In this document: positions 39,685 through 49,150 of the stretch, piece after piece
Numbering within the stretch: position 1 is the first letter of the stretch
Layout: the number at the start of each line of letters is the position of its first letter
Assembly (NCBI GenBank): GCA_965116875.1
Contig: OZ220733.1
Coordinates: 5,088,001-5,152,000 of the forward strand
Length of the DNA stretch: 64,000 nt
Direction: 5' to 3'
Source of the DNA: Candidatus Latescibacterota bacterium
GTDB lineage: Bacteria; Latescibacterota; UBA2968; GCA-2709665
Made by a program: the position numbers and the translations under genes
Notes under the pieces: model-generated
Database searches by the model: none
Seen by the model: only the letters and a program-made list of their open reading frames with translations
Told to the model about the DNA's origin: nothing

Positions 39685-42426
39685 ATGGAGCCGTGCAAAA
39701 CCGCGCCGCACATCGCACGGGGGTTCGGAAAAAGCATCGGAACAGCGACCCTGGTCGTTGCGTTCATCCTCGTGTCCTTTCCTGGGGCGGCCGGCGCCGG
39801 CGCCTTCTCGTTCGCCCTCATCGGAGACGTACCCTACGCCGATGCCGACAGTATCCGGTTCGCAAGGTTGACCGATATGATCAACGCGGACGACGACGTA
39901 CAATGGGTCATCCACGCGGGCGACATCAAGCGTGGCGGACAACCGTGCACGGATGCGGTTCTGGAAGGTCGACTGGAAAGGTTCAACCGTTTCGATGACC
40001 CGTTCATCCTTACGCCGGGCGACAACGAATGGACGGACTGTCATCGCAAGGTCGCCGGCCGTTTCGATCCGCTGGAACGCCTGCGGAAACTGCGGACCCT
40101 GTTCTATCCCCGTGCCGGGATGACGCTCGGCAAGCGGACGATGCGGGTTGAATCCCAGGCGTCGGCGCCTGAATACAGCGAGTTTGTCGAGAATGTCCGC
40201 TGGGAACGGGCCGGGGTTCAATTCGCAACCATCCACATTGTGGGGAGCAGAAACGGGTTGCGAGGGTTTCAACGCCGGGATTCGACCGAGGTTGGCGCGG
40301 TCCCGATGAGGACGAAACGGCACGACGCGGCGGTGGAGCGGCGCACCAATGCGGGAATCGCATGGCTTCGACAGGCTTTCGCCGCGGCGGGTGAATCGGG
40401 CAGAGCGCTGTTTTTGACCCTGCATGCGTCGATGGGCCTGGAGCAAAATCCGGCGCCGGACCCGCCCCACTTCCAGGCGGTCCTCGACGTGTTGCGCGAG
40501 GAAACGGAGCGATTCGGAAGGCCGGTCGTACTGGCGCACGGCGATTCCCACTATTTCAGGATCGACAAACCGCTCCGACGCAAGGGAGGCGGCAGGCGAG
40601 TTGTGAATTTCACGCGCGTGGAGACGTTCGGCGCGTCAGACGTTCACTGGATCGAGGTCACGGTGGATCCCGCCAGTGAGAACGTGTTCCACTTCGAGCA
40701 GAGAATCGTGAAGGAGGAACGAACGAGCGAAAGTCAACGCATAGCTACGGAGAGGACCGGAATGACCACCGAAAAAACCGGCGCATCGGAACGCACGCCG
40801 CAAGACGTCCTCGACGCCATGCACCGCCCGTCCTGGTGCGTGAACACGGCGGAGGGGCGCCTTTACTGGGAACTGATCGGCGCCGCGATCCGCAATGATG
40901 CCGCAGCCCTGCGCGAACATCTGCGCGAGGACCCGGACTGTGCCAGGCTGCAGTTCTGGTACACCCCGCCGATCCACTTCGCAGTGAGGGAGGGCAGTCT
41001 CGACGCAACGAAAGTGTTGTGGCAAGCCTATGCGCACGACGAGGTGAGCGATCTGATTGTCATGGCCGAAGACCGCGGCCACACTTCGGTCGCAGACTAT
41101 CTCAGGGAAGCCTCCGGGCCCGTTTCGGATGCGCCGGACCCGAGGCTACACAAAGCGATCAACGCCGGAGATCACGCGGAGATCCAGCGTCTGCTTGAGG
41201 TTGCGGACGGGATCGAATTACAGCGGGACGCGGAAGGAAGGACCGCGCTCCATCTCGCCGTCATCGCGAATGACCGCGCGGCGGTAAAGGCGCTCCTCGA
41301 CAGCGACGTGGACGTGGATGCCACCGACCACGCCGGTTTCCGCGCCATCCACTACACGTACTGGAAGGACCTGATGTGGCACCGGTCGAAGGCGAGTCCC
41401 GATCTGGCGGAACTTCTGTTGAACGCCGGGTCCCGAGACAGCCCCGCACTGGCTGCCGCGAGGGGAGATCTGGACGCCGTCATGGCGTTTGTCAACGCCG
41501 ATCCATCCGCCGCGAACGAGGGCGAGAGCCTTCAGAAACGCCCGCTGTCAGCCGCGGTGGAACGCGGCCACCGCAACATCGTCCGCTTCCTGCTGGAAAA
41601 CGGGGCGGACCCCAGTCTGCCGGAAAGCCGGCTGTGCCCCTACGGCGCATCGCTGATGACCGCAACCGTGCAGGACGACCTGGAAGTTGCAACCTGGCTG
41701 CTTGAAGCCGGGGCCGATCCGAATGGACACGTGGACTCCTCCGGGTCCCCCGCAATCCGCGCCCGTTCGGACGCCATGCGCGGCCTGCTCTACGGCTACG
41801 GCGGACGCGCATCCGGAGCGTGGGGCTACGTGCAGCGCGGTGAGTTCGAGACGGTGGCCGCCGTCCTGCGTTACACGGACGATCCGTTTACAGGCGAGGA
41901 GAGCGAGTACCTGACCACGCCCTACACGGCCGTGATCAGCGGCTGCGGGCGGATGGAGGACCGGGGAGAATCCACGGACGCTCACGAGGCGATGTTCAAT
42001 ATGTTCCTGCAGCGCAAACACCCGATGCCCCGCGTGCTGACCGCGTGCAAGACCTACCTCTACCACGTGCCCCGCATGACGCGCCGGCTCCTCGAACATG
42101 GACTGGATCCGGACCTGCCCGACTGGCAGCGACGGACCCCGCTGCACGACCTCTGCCGCGGCAACCGGGCCGTGTCCGACGCCGGAGAAATGGTGCGCAT
42201 GTTCCTCGAATTCGGCGCTGACGTCAATGCAATCGACGAGGAAGACCGGTCCACGCCCCTGGGAATCGCCGCGCGCGAAGGCAACGCGGAACTGGTCGGG
42301 CTGCTGCTGGACAGCGGCGCCGATCCAAACGCGGCCGGCGCCCGATGGGCGACGCCGCTGGCGTTGGCGGAACGACGCGGTCACGACGACATCGCGAAGC
42401 TTCTGCGCAGCCGGGGCGCCCGGTAG
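39685..42426 (+). CDS. Metallophosphoesterase-like domain in frame with an ankyrin repeat protein
   Basis: Signal peptide, GDVPY, HAGDIK, PGDNEWTDC, HGDSH, then ankyrin repeats; internal GGAGAGG + ATG at 40762 may mark a separate gene. Confidence 0.75.
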   Translation: MEPCKTAPHIARGFGKSIGTATLVVAFILVSFPGAAGAGAFSFALIGDVPYADADSIRFARLTDMINADDDVQWVIHAGDIKRGGQPCTDAVLEGRLERFNRFDDPFILTPGDNEWTDCHRKVAGRFDPLERLRKLRTLFYPRAGMTLGKRTMRVESQASAPEYSEFVENVRWERAGVQFATIHIVGSRNGLRGFQRRDSTEVGAVPMRTKRHDAAVERRTNAGIAWLRQAFAAAGESGRALFLTLHASMGLEQNPAPDPPHFQAVLDVLREETERFGRPVVLAHGDSHYFRIDKPLRRKGGGRRVVNFTRVETFGASDVHWIEVTVDPASENVFHFEQRIVKEERTSESQRIATERTGMTTEKTGASERTPQDVLDAMHRPSWCVNTAEGRLYWELIGAAIRNDAAALREHLREDPDCARLQFWYTPPIHFAVREGSLDATKVLWQAYAHDEVSDLIVMAEDRGHTSVADYLREASGPVSDAPDPRLHKAINAGDHAEIQRLLEVADGIELQRDAEGRTALHLAVIANDRAAVKALLDSDVDVDATDHAGFRAIHYTYWKDLMWHRSKASPDLAELLLNAGSRDSPALAAARGDLDAVMAFVNADPSAANEGESLQKRPLSAAVERGHRNIVRFLLENGADPSLPESRLCPYGASLMTATVQDDLEVATWLLEAGADPNGHVDSSGSPAIRARSDAMRGLLYGYGGRASGAWGYVQRGEFETVAAVLRYTDDPFTGEESEYLTTPYTAVISGCGRMEDRGESTDAHEAMFNMFLQRKHPMPRVLTACKTYLYHVPRMTRRLLEHGLDPDLPDWQRRTPLHDLCRGNRAVSDAGEMVRMFLEFGADVNAIDEEDRSTPLGIAAREGNAELVGLLLDSGADPNAAGARWATPLALAERRGHDDIAKLLRSRGAR

Positions 42427-42460
42427 ATTACCTTTTGTTGTCAACGGGAGTGTTTTGAAG

Positions 42461-43027
42461 ATGTCACCCGAAGAGGAAACACATCCGAGATTCCTGGCGC
42501 TCCTGCGGGGCGTGAACGTGGGCGGGAAGAATATCGTTCCCAAAGACGCGCTCCGGGAGTGCTTTGAGGACCTGGGATTCTCCAGCGTCCGCACGTACAT
42601 CCAGAGCGGCAACATCCTGTTTCGGTCCAGAGATACTGACGTCCCGGCGCTGACGGATGAGATCGAACGCGCCCTTTCGGGACGTTTTTCGTACAGCGCT
42701 CGCGCCGTCGTTCTGCCCCGCAAGTCATACCGACTCGTCGTTGACGCCGCCCCGGAAGATTGGGGACAAGACGATGCGTACATGCACCATGCGCTCTTCA
42801 CGCTGGCCGAATCCACGCCGAAAGACGTCCTCTCGAAACTCCGTGCGCCGAAACCGGAGTTCGAGACGGTCACCGCCGGGCCCGGGGTGATCTACTGGTC
42901 GATATCACGGTCCCGTCCGACGCGGTCCACGTGGGTGAAGCTGCCGGCGTCGCGGGAGTATCAGAAGCTCACCGCCCGGAATCACAATACGGTCTTCAGA
43001 TTGAGGGAACTGTTCGAGGAGATATAG
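42461..43027 (+). CDS. DUF1697 domain protein
   Basis: ALLRGVNVGGKN, VRTYIQSGN, TARNHNT. Confidence 0.9.
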   Translation: MSPEEETHPRFLALLRGVNVGGKNIVPKDALRECFEDLGFSSVRTYIQSGNILFRSRDTDVPALTDEIERALSGRFSYSARAVVLPRKSYRLVVDAAPEDWGQDDAYMHHALFTLAESTPKDVLSKLRAPKPEFETVTAGPGVIYWSISRSRPTRSTWVKLPASREYQKLTARNHNTVFRLRELFEEI

Positions 43028-43030
43028 TGA

Positions 43031-43360
43031 ATGGCAGGCGACGAGGAACTCGTCAGCCGGATACGGTCAATCCTTGCCGGCGAGGACGGATTTTCCGAAA
43101 AAAGGATGTTCGGCGGGGTCTGCTTCATGATAGAGGGCAATATGTGCGCGGGAACGTGGAAGGGGTCCCTGATCGTGCGACTCCACAGGGCGCACCACGA
43201 GCAGACGCTTGCCGAACCATACACGAGGCCGTTCGACGTCACGGGCCGCGTGATGAGGGGATGGGCGCTGGTTGAGCCGCCCGCGATCGAATCGGACGAA
43301 GACCTGACGGATTGGCTTTACAGAGCGGTGGATTACGTCCGTACGCTTCCATCCAGGTGA
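43031..43360 (+). CDS. TfoX/Sxy N-terminal domain protein
   Basis: EKRMFGGVCFM, GRVMRGW. Confidence 0.85.
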   Translation: MAGDEELVSRIRSILAGEDGFSEKRMFGGVCFMIEGNMCAGTWKGSLIVRLHRAHHEQTLAEPYTRPFDVTGRVMRGWALVEPPAIESDEDLTDWLYRAVDYVRTLPSR

Positions 43361-43401
43361 CGGTGGGTGGCATCAATCGGAAGCGCAGAAGGGTTGTTCC
43401 C

Positions 43402-43719
43402 CTACTGCATCGGCGAAAAGGAGGTTGGGATGAGGACGTCGGAGATAACCTCGTCCACGATGGGTCCGTTGGCCTCGGTTTTTTCCCGCGCCGCGATCCA
43501 TTCCGGGTCCGCACGGAACGCATCCCACGCGGTTTCCATCGCCTCTTCGCTTTCGAATGCACAGAGGTAGATCAGTTCATTGACGTCTTTTCGCGTCCAG
43601 AAACCCACGACCTTGATGCCGTGCCTGTCGAAGAGGCCGAACGTAATGGTCTCAAACCGGTTGAGGATGTCCGGCATCCGGCCTTCGGGGACTCGGTAGA
43701 TGCGGTGTTCGTAGATCAT
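43402..43719 (-). CDS. NIPSNAP family protein
   Basis: MIYEHRIY...HGIKVVGFW...WDAFRADPEW...PTSFSP. Confidence 0.9.
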   Translation of the reverse strand: MIYEHRIYRVPEGRMPDILNRFETITFGLFDRHGIKVVGFWTRKDVNELIYLCAFESEEAMETAWDAFRADPEWIAAREKTEANGPIVDEVISDVLIPTSFSPMQ

Positions 43720-43888
43720 CGGAACGCTCCCTGGTGTGAAAGGACCCTGAATCGATCCTGTATGGAATGAAACTCGCTGTGACCTGCCATGGTAACAAGA
43801 AACCAGGCGGATTGAAAGGGGCGTCCGACCCCGCCGCCGCGCACCGGCGTGCTTGCTATAGCTGCAGGCGTGAAAGGAAACACGAAAC

Positions 43889-45397
43889 GTGAGAACAGAC
43901 AAGCGGGGCGGCATCTGCTTTCGCGTGGACGACAACAAACCGATACAGCAATGGATCGAGTTCGCCGAGATCTTTGACCGGCACGGTTTCAAGTTCTGCG
44001 CCGCATTGTGCCCGGGGAGAATGGCCGGCGACGAAGACTATACGAGGCTGGTCAGGTCGTTGCAGGACCGGGGACACGAAATCATGGACCACACGCCCCT
44101 TCACAGTGTCGATAAGCTCCCGCTCCCCCACGGCGCCAACGCAGATACCTGGGACACGAAGCCGGGCGTCGACCACGTGGACGAAACTCGGGTCTACCTG
44201 ACCTATGACGCGATTGACACGACGTCGCTTGCGGAATATCGCGCGGATATTTCAGGCAACCTGATGAAAAGCCGGACGACTGGAGTCCTGAACGACACGA
44301 ACCAGACGAGATTCATCGCTGTCTACGTTCCCCATACCGGCAGTGTGTTTCGGTTCAGACAGGTCGAACGATCGGGCGACGTCGCATTGGCGCTGCGCAG
44401 CTTCTGGGACGAAGACAACGTCGATCTGGGCGAACATCGGGATGTGGTCTTCCACAAGCTGAGCAAAGCGGACGTCCGGATGACGTTGGCCGCGCGCAGG
44501 CTTCTGGCCGAATCGTCCCTCAATCTGTTTCGCGAGATCGGCCTTGAACGCCCCGTGACGTGGATACAACCGGGCTCCGGAGGGTGTTCCGACTTCTGGC
44601 GTGAAGACGTCAAGACGTGCTTTGGAGATCGGTACGGATACGTGGCCGCGGCAACCTACCCGGACCGGTCATCGAAATGCTTTAACGAGGATGATCCCGA
44701 TGGGGACAAGTGCTACGGTATGCAGTGGGGCGACTTCAACGACGAGGCACGGGACCTGGACTGGAACCTGAAACGAATTGCGGACGGGGTCGCAGGCCAC
44801 CGCGTGCTCATCGGCCACAGCCACTTCTGGGAGCACGTCATGCCGGACGGCTGGGACGGTTATCTTGAACGCGTCGACCGGATCCTTTCCTGGTGCAATC
44901 ACAACGGTGTCCCGGTAAGGACGTATTCAGAGTGGGCGGAAGCGCTCTATCGTACGAAACCGGACCCGAGCGTGAACGGGTTTCCCGATCTGAACGTCGA
45001 TCTGGATGCGGACGGCGTTCCGGACGGGTTCGACGTGCTGTCCTCGGAACTGGTCCATGGCCGCGGGAAGGCCGGCGTCATCGATCCTTTTCTGTCGGTA
45101 AAGAATGCCGGCACGATTTGCAAAGTGGATCGATTGGGCGGTCTGGAAAAGGGCGCGAATACCTTCTCGGTCCGGACGCGCGGGCATCCGGTGGGCGCCA
45201 TCGAGGCAACGTTCAGATTCTTCGAAGTCGAAACGACGGAAAAACTCACGTTTTCAGTGAACAGCCACGAATGGACCGAACAACACGCGACGGTGACGGT
45301 GCCCGAAGAAGCTTCTCTGGTGGATATCTCAATCGAGTGCAGGCGTACCGGCGGAGATGGCCTGAAGATTGGCGGATTGCGTTTGAGCGGGAGGTGA
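43889..45397 (+). CDS. Polysaccharide deacetylase-like protein with C-terminal carbohydrate-binding-like domain
   Basis: ICFRVDD, GHEIMDHT, IQPG, GHSH motifs; beta-rich C-terminus. Confidence 0.6.
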   Translation: MRTDKRGGICFRVDDNKPIQQWIEFAEIFDRHGFKFCAALCPGRMAGDEDYTRLVRSLQDRGHEIMDHTPLHSVDKLPLPHGANADTWDTKPGVDHVDETRVYLTYDAIDTTSLAEYRADISGNLMKSRTTGVLNDTNQTRFIAVYVPHTGSVFRFRQVERSGDVALALRSFWDEDNVDLGEHRDVVFHKLSKADVRMTLAARRLLAESSLNLFREIGLERPVTWIQPGSGGCSDFWREDVKTCFGDRYGYVAAATYPDRSSKCFNEDDPDGDKCYGMQWGDFNDEARDLDWNLKRIADGVAGHRVLIGHSHFWEHVMPDGWDGYLERVDRILSWCNHNGVPVRTYSEWAEALYRTKPDPSVNGFPDLNVDLDADGVPDGFDVLSSELVHGRGKAGVIDPFLSVKNAGTICKVDRLGGLEKGANTFSVRTRGHPVGAIEATFRFFEVETTEKLTFSVNSHEWTEQHATVTVPEEASLVDISIECRRTGGDGLKIGGLRLSGR

Positions 45398-45506
45398 GGA
45401 CCCGATATACGTGCGGTGAGCCGAAAACGCGCAGGATCACATCGATGCGCGCCGGAAATGGTTTAAATGGCGTCGGATTCGGGCCCCGAAAACTCCGGAT
45501 CGGATT

Positions 45507-45935
45507 ATGTTGAAGATCGAGCCCCTGGAAGAATACCATTTGCCGCAGGTTTTGGATCTCGCAAACGCCCACCTCGGCGCCGTGATCCCGGGGTGGGCCC
45601 TTACCGCCGGCTATCTGTGGGAATGCCTGAAAAGGAATCCGGCCGAGGTGATAACCGACCCATGGGTTGCGCAGAGAGAATCCATCGTCGGCGTTGTCAA
45701 CGACCGCGTTTGCGCCGCGGCCAATCTGCTACGCTACGGAGACGATACCCGCTGGAAGGGAACCGTGTACGTCGACTGGCTGCTGTTCTGGCCGCAGGAG
45801 CGTCCTGCCGGCGAGGCGGTTTTGAAGGAGTGCCTGGGTCGGATGGATGCCACTGGTTCGACAGTACCACTGGACGCGAAGTTCCATGTAACGATCCATC
45901 GCGTGACCCAACCGTCCGTATCTTCCAACGAATAG
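45507..45935 (+). CDS. Hypothetical protein, possibly a truncated GNAT-like fragment
   Basis: Protein-like N-terminus (IEPLEEYHLPQV...VGVVNDRVCAAA), no clear acetyl-CoA motif, atypical tail. Confidence 0.45.
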   Translation: MLKIEPLEEYHLPQVLDLANAHLGAVIPGWALTAGYLWECLKRNPAEVITDPWVAQRESIVGVVNDRVCAAANLLRYGDDTRWKGTVYVDWLLFWPQERPAGEAVLKECLGRMDATGSTVPLDAKFHVTIHRVTQPSVSSNE

Positions 45936-45944
45936 GAATGATCG

Positions 45945-47093
45945 ATGTCCGAAAAAGCTGAAAACTATGACCTGTTGATTTCGGTCGGACGCGTTTTCTG
46001 CGCCGATACCGGCCTGGACGGCCCCGGCGCCGTCGCCCTACGGGGGGACCGGATTGTCGCCACCGGTCCAGGCGTGAAAGGAACCGCGAGTCTGACGCTC
46101 GACTACCCGGACGCCCTGCTTCTGCCGGGACTGGTGGACATTCACGCGCATCCGGCCAGGGGCGGATCCCGGTTCGGCGTCGATCCCGATACGCACTTTC
46201 TCCCGCGCGGGGTCACCACCTGTCTGTCGCAAGGCGATGCCGGCGCCCTCAACTGGCCGGCCTATCGCGAGGACGTGATCCGCGGCAGCCGCACGCGGGT
46301 CCGGCTCGCGCTGCACCTGGCGAAAACCGGCGAATCCCCTCCCGATCACTGTTTCGAGCACCTCGAAGACGCCGACGTCGACCTCTGCGTGGATGCCATC
46401 ACGGCAGCGGGCGATGAAATTTGGGGCATCGCCTTCAACACGGTTCTCGAACCACGCCTCGCCCACGACCCTCGAGAGATCATGCGTCGCGGCGTCGAAG
46501 CGGCCGAACGCAGCGGGCGCCCCATCCTCTACGGGCCGCGCTTCAACGTCGACTTTCCGCTCGAAGAGCAACTGGCGTTCCTTCGCGCGGGAGACCTCTT
46601 CACGTACACGTTCAGCCCTCGCCCGGACAACGTCATCGCGGGCGGAAGGGTGAGGCGCGCGGTATGGGAAGCCCGAGACCGGGGGGTCCTGTTCGACGGC
46701 TGCCACGGGATGCAGTCTTTCAGCTTTCCGCACGCGGAGCGGGCGATCGCCGAAGGGTTCTATCCCGATACGATTTCCACCGACCAGTACAATGCGCACG
46801 TGGACGCCGACCCGCCCCACCATCTGCCCAGGACGATGTCCAAATATATCGTCGCGGGCATGCCCGAAGCGGAAGTTTTCGCGCGGGCAACGGCCAGGCC
46901 CGCCGGCATATTGGGGCTGAAGGGCGAGGTGGGTACGCTGGCGCCCGGCGCATGTGCCGATATTGCGGTTTTGCGTTGGAACCCCGACGGACGCCTGTCC
47001 GACGTCCTCGGTGTTGAACGCCCCGGCGGATCCTGGGAGCCGCTGGCCACCGTGAAATCCGGAAAATTTGTGGATCAGGACTGCCCGAATTGA
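45945..47093 (+). CDS. Amidohydrolase/deacetylase family metallohydrolase (dihydroorotase-like)
   Basis: PGLVDIHAH, GDAG, PDTISTD, GTLAPGACADIA. Confidence 0.85.
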   Translation: MSEKAENYDLLISVGRVFCADTGLDGPGAVALRGDRIVATGPGVKGTASLTLDYPDALLLPGLVDIHAHPARGGSRFGVDPDTHFLPRGVTTCLSQGDAGALNWPAYREDVIRGSRTRVRLALHLAKTGESPPDHCFEHLEDADVDLCVDAITAAGDEIWGIAFNTVLEPRLAHDPREIMRRGVEAAERSGRPILYGPRFNVDFPLEEQLAFLRAGDLFTYTFSPRPDNVIAGGRVRRAVWEARDRGVLFDGCHGMQSFSFPHAERAIAEGFYPDTISTDQYNAHVDADPPHHLPRTMSKYIVAGMPEAEVFARATARPAGILGLKGEVGTLAPGACADIAVLRWNPDGRLSDVLGVERPGGSWEPLATVKSGKFVDQDCPN

Positions 47094-47292
47094 TTCGAAT
47101 TCAGTCGCCTGCTCTTTCAGCCAGGGGACAGCAGGATGCCCATCGTGGACGATATTTCGACACATCTTACTCCGATGTCCGGATTTTCCACAGCGGTCCG
47201 ATGCGGATTCCCTCTCCGTCTACCGGAACGCAACGAGTTGCCCGGTCCACAATTCCCGTTTGCCAAACCCTATCGATTGGAGGAGAGCCGTT

Positions 47293-48243
47293 TTGAGTCA
47301 GGAAGTAATCATGGTTGTCGGCTTTTTGCTTGGTGCCTACTCTATTGTTGGAAACGACGCGATTCAGACCCTTGGAACCTTTCTCAGCTCCAACGCCAGA
47401 CGCCCCTGGTGGGTGCTCTGGATCTTTGCCTGCAGTATTCTGTTCGTCGTCCTCGTCTACGGGTGGTGGATGCACGACGACGTCTCCTACGGCAGGCTGG
47501 AGAAGATCCCCGAACCCGATCAGTGGACCTGGATCTACTGTGTCCCTCCTTTCGTCCTGCTCCTCCTGACACGTTGGGGCATCCCCGTGAGTACCACGTT
47601 TCTCACCCTGACGATCTTCGCGCCGAAGGCCCTGCCGGCCATGCTGGTCAAATCACTCGCCGGCTATGCTACGGCGTTCGTGGCGGCCATTCTGATCTAT
47701 CGATGGGTCACCGGTGGCTTCGAATCCCGCTTTCACAGGACAGACGGGCCCACGAACAGCTGGTGGGTAGTGGCGCAGTGGTGTTCCACCGGTTTTCTCT
47801 GGAGCCAGTGGCTGATACAGGACCTGGCCAATATCTTCGTATTCCTCCCACGTAGCCTCCCCGCGGAATGGTTTTTTCTATCGATGGTGGTCATGCTGGT
47901 CCTACATGCCGTTATCTTCTACAACCACGGGGGCGCCATTCAGAAGGTGGTGCTCACCAAGACCAACACGACCGACATCCGGTCAGCCACCTTCGTCGAC
48001 CTGATTTACGGCATCGTACTCCTGTTGTTCAAGGAGGTCAGCAAGCTCCCGATGAGTACGACATGGGTATTCGTTGGCTTGCTGGCCGGCCGGGAGATCG
48101 CGGTCGCCCGGAATCAACGGCACCGCAGCCGCAAGGAAGTGACGCGGCTTGTGACGACGGATTTCGCCAAAATCACCGGCGGGCTGCTCGTCAGCATCGC
48201 CCTCGCCTATCTCCTGCCCGAATTACAGGCGATGTTCGGCTGA
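47293..48243 (+). CDS. Membrane protein, PiT-like phosphate/sulfate permease fold
   Basis: GNDAIQTLGT, GIPVSTT, PMSTTWVFVG repeats; many TM helices. Confidence 0.65.
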   Translation: MSQEVIMVVGFLLGAYSIVGNDAIQTLGTFLSSNARRPWWVLWIFACSILFVVLVYGWWMHDDVSYGRLEKIPEPDQWTWIYCVPPFVLLLLTRWGIPVSTTFLTLTIFAPKALPAMLVKSLAGYATAFVAAILIYRWVTGGFESRFHRTDGPTNSWWVVAQWCSTGFLWSQWLIQDLANIFVFLPRSLPAEWFFLSMVVMLVLHAVIFYNHGGAIQKVVLTKTNTTDIRSATFVDLIYGIVLLLFKEVSKLPMSTTWVFVGLLAGREIAVARNQRHRSRKEVTRLVTTDFAKITGGLLVSIALAYLLPELQAMFG

Positions 48244-48420
48244 CGAACTGTAGGTTGGTACGGGCTCCGATACAACCTGGACCGTGAGTCACGACATTGG
48301 TACCGGAAGAGAACAGGCTCCCGGCCGGCAGCGTGGATCAGCTATCCATTTTTATCAAGATAAATCTTGACAGTGTGGGCTAAAATTGGCATTTTGGAAG
48401 AAAAACGGGGTAGTTCGGCT

Positions 48421-48648
48421 ATGAAACCGCCACGAGAGAAATTCTCCAGCCAGGTTGCGCCGGAACTGTTGGGCGCCTTTCGGGAAATTGCCCGCAAGGA
48501 AGGGCGTCACTTTCAGACCGTGCTGGAAGAGGCCATGAGCGAATACATCGAAAACCGGGCCCGGGAAAAGCCGCGGGCTCAGGTCATGGCCCACTTTCAA
48601 GCCAGCGTGGAAAGAAACCGCCGTCTGGGTGAAATGCTGGCCAGATGA
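48421..48648 (+). CDS. Antitoxin partner of Doc (RHH-like)
   Basis: 75 aa, KFSSQV...IARKEGR...LEEAMSEYI; ATGA overlap with doc. Confidence 0.75.
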   Translation: MKPPREKFSSQVAPELLGAFREIARKEGRHFQTVLEEAMSEYIENRAREKPRAQVMAHFQASVERNRRLGEMLAR

Positions 48649-49034
48649 CCCACGACTTCCCCACCATACAGGAAGTCCTGGTCATGCACGACGCCCTGAT
48701 CAGCACTTTCGGCGGAATACCGGGCGTGCGTGATGAAGGCGCCCTGGCCGCCGCGCTCATGCGACCGCAGCTTGGATACTACGAGGGTCTGATCGACCAG
48801 GCCGCCGCGCTTATGGAGAGCCTCGCCAACAACCATCCCTTTATTGACGGCAACAAACGGGCGGCCTTCTTCGTCACCGACACCTTCCTGCGTCTGAACG
48901 GCCGCTTTATCGACTGTGACGACGACGAGGCATACGCGTTCTTCATGGGGAACCTGGAGGCCGGAACCTTCCGGTTCGCCGGGTTGAAGGCGTGGCTTCA
49001 GGATAAGGTCGCGGCGTTGCCCGGTGTCCGATAG
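48645..49034 (+). CDS. Death-on-curing (Doc/Fic) toxin
   Basis: GVRDEGAL, NHPFIDGNKR. Confidence 0.92.
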   Translation: MTHDFPTIQEVLVMHDALISTFGGIPGVRDEGALAAALMRPQLGYYEGLIDQAAALMESLANNHPFIDGNKRAAFFVTDTFLRLNGRFIDCDDDEAYAFFMGNLEAGTFRFAGLKAWLQDKVAALPGVR

Positions 49035-49150
49035 CGATCGAGGACACGAGACGATGTAACGATACGTCCGTTCCATGCGAGTATCGGACGAGGATCGGCA
49101 AGGACAAGGGTACGTCGCCTGGCCGGGATAAACCATCAGGGAGAGTCAGG

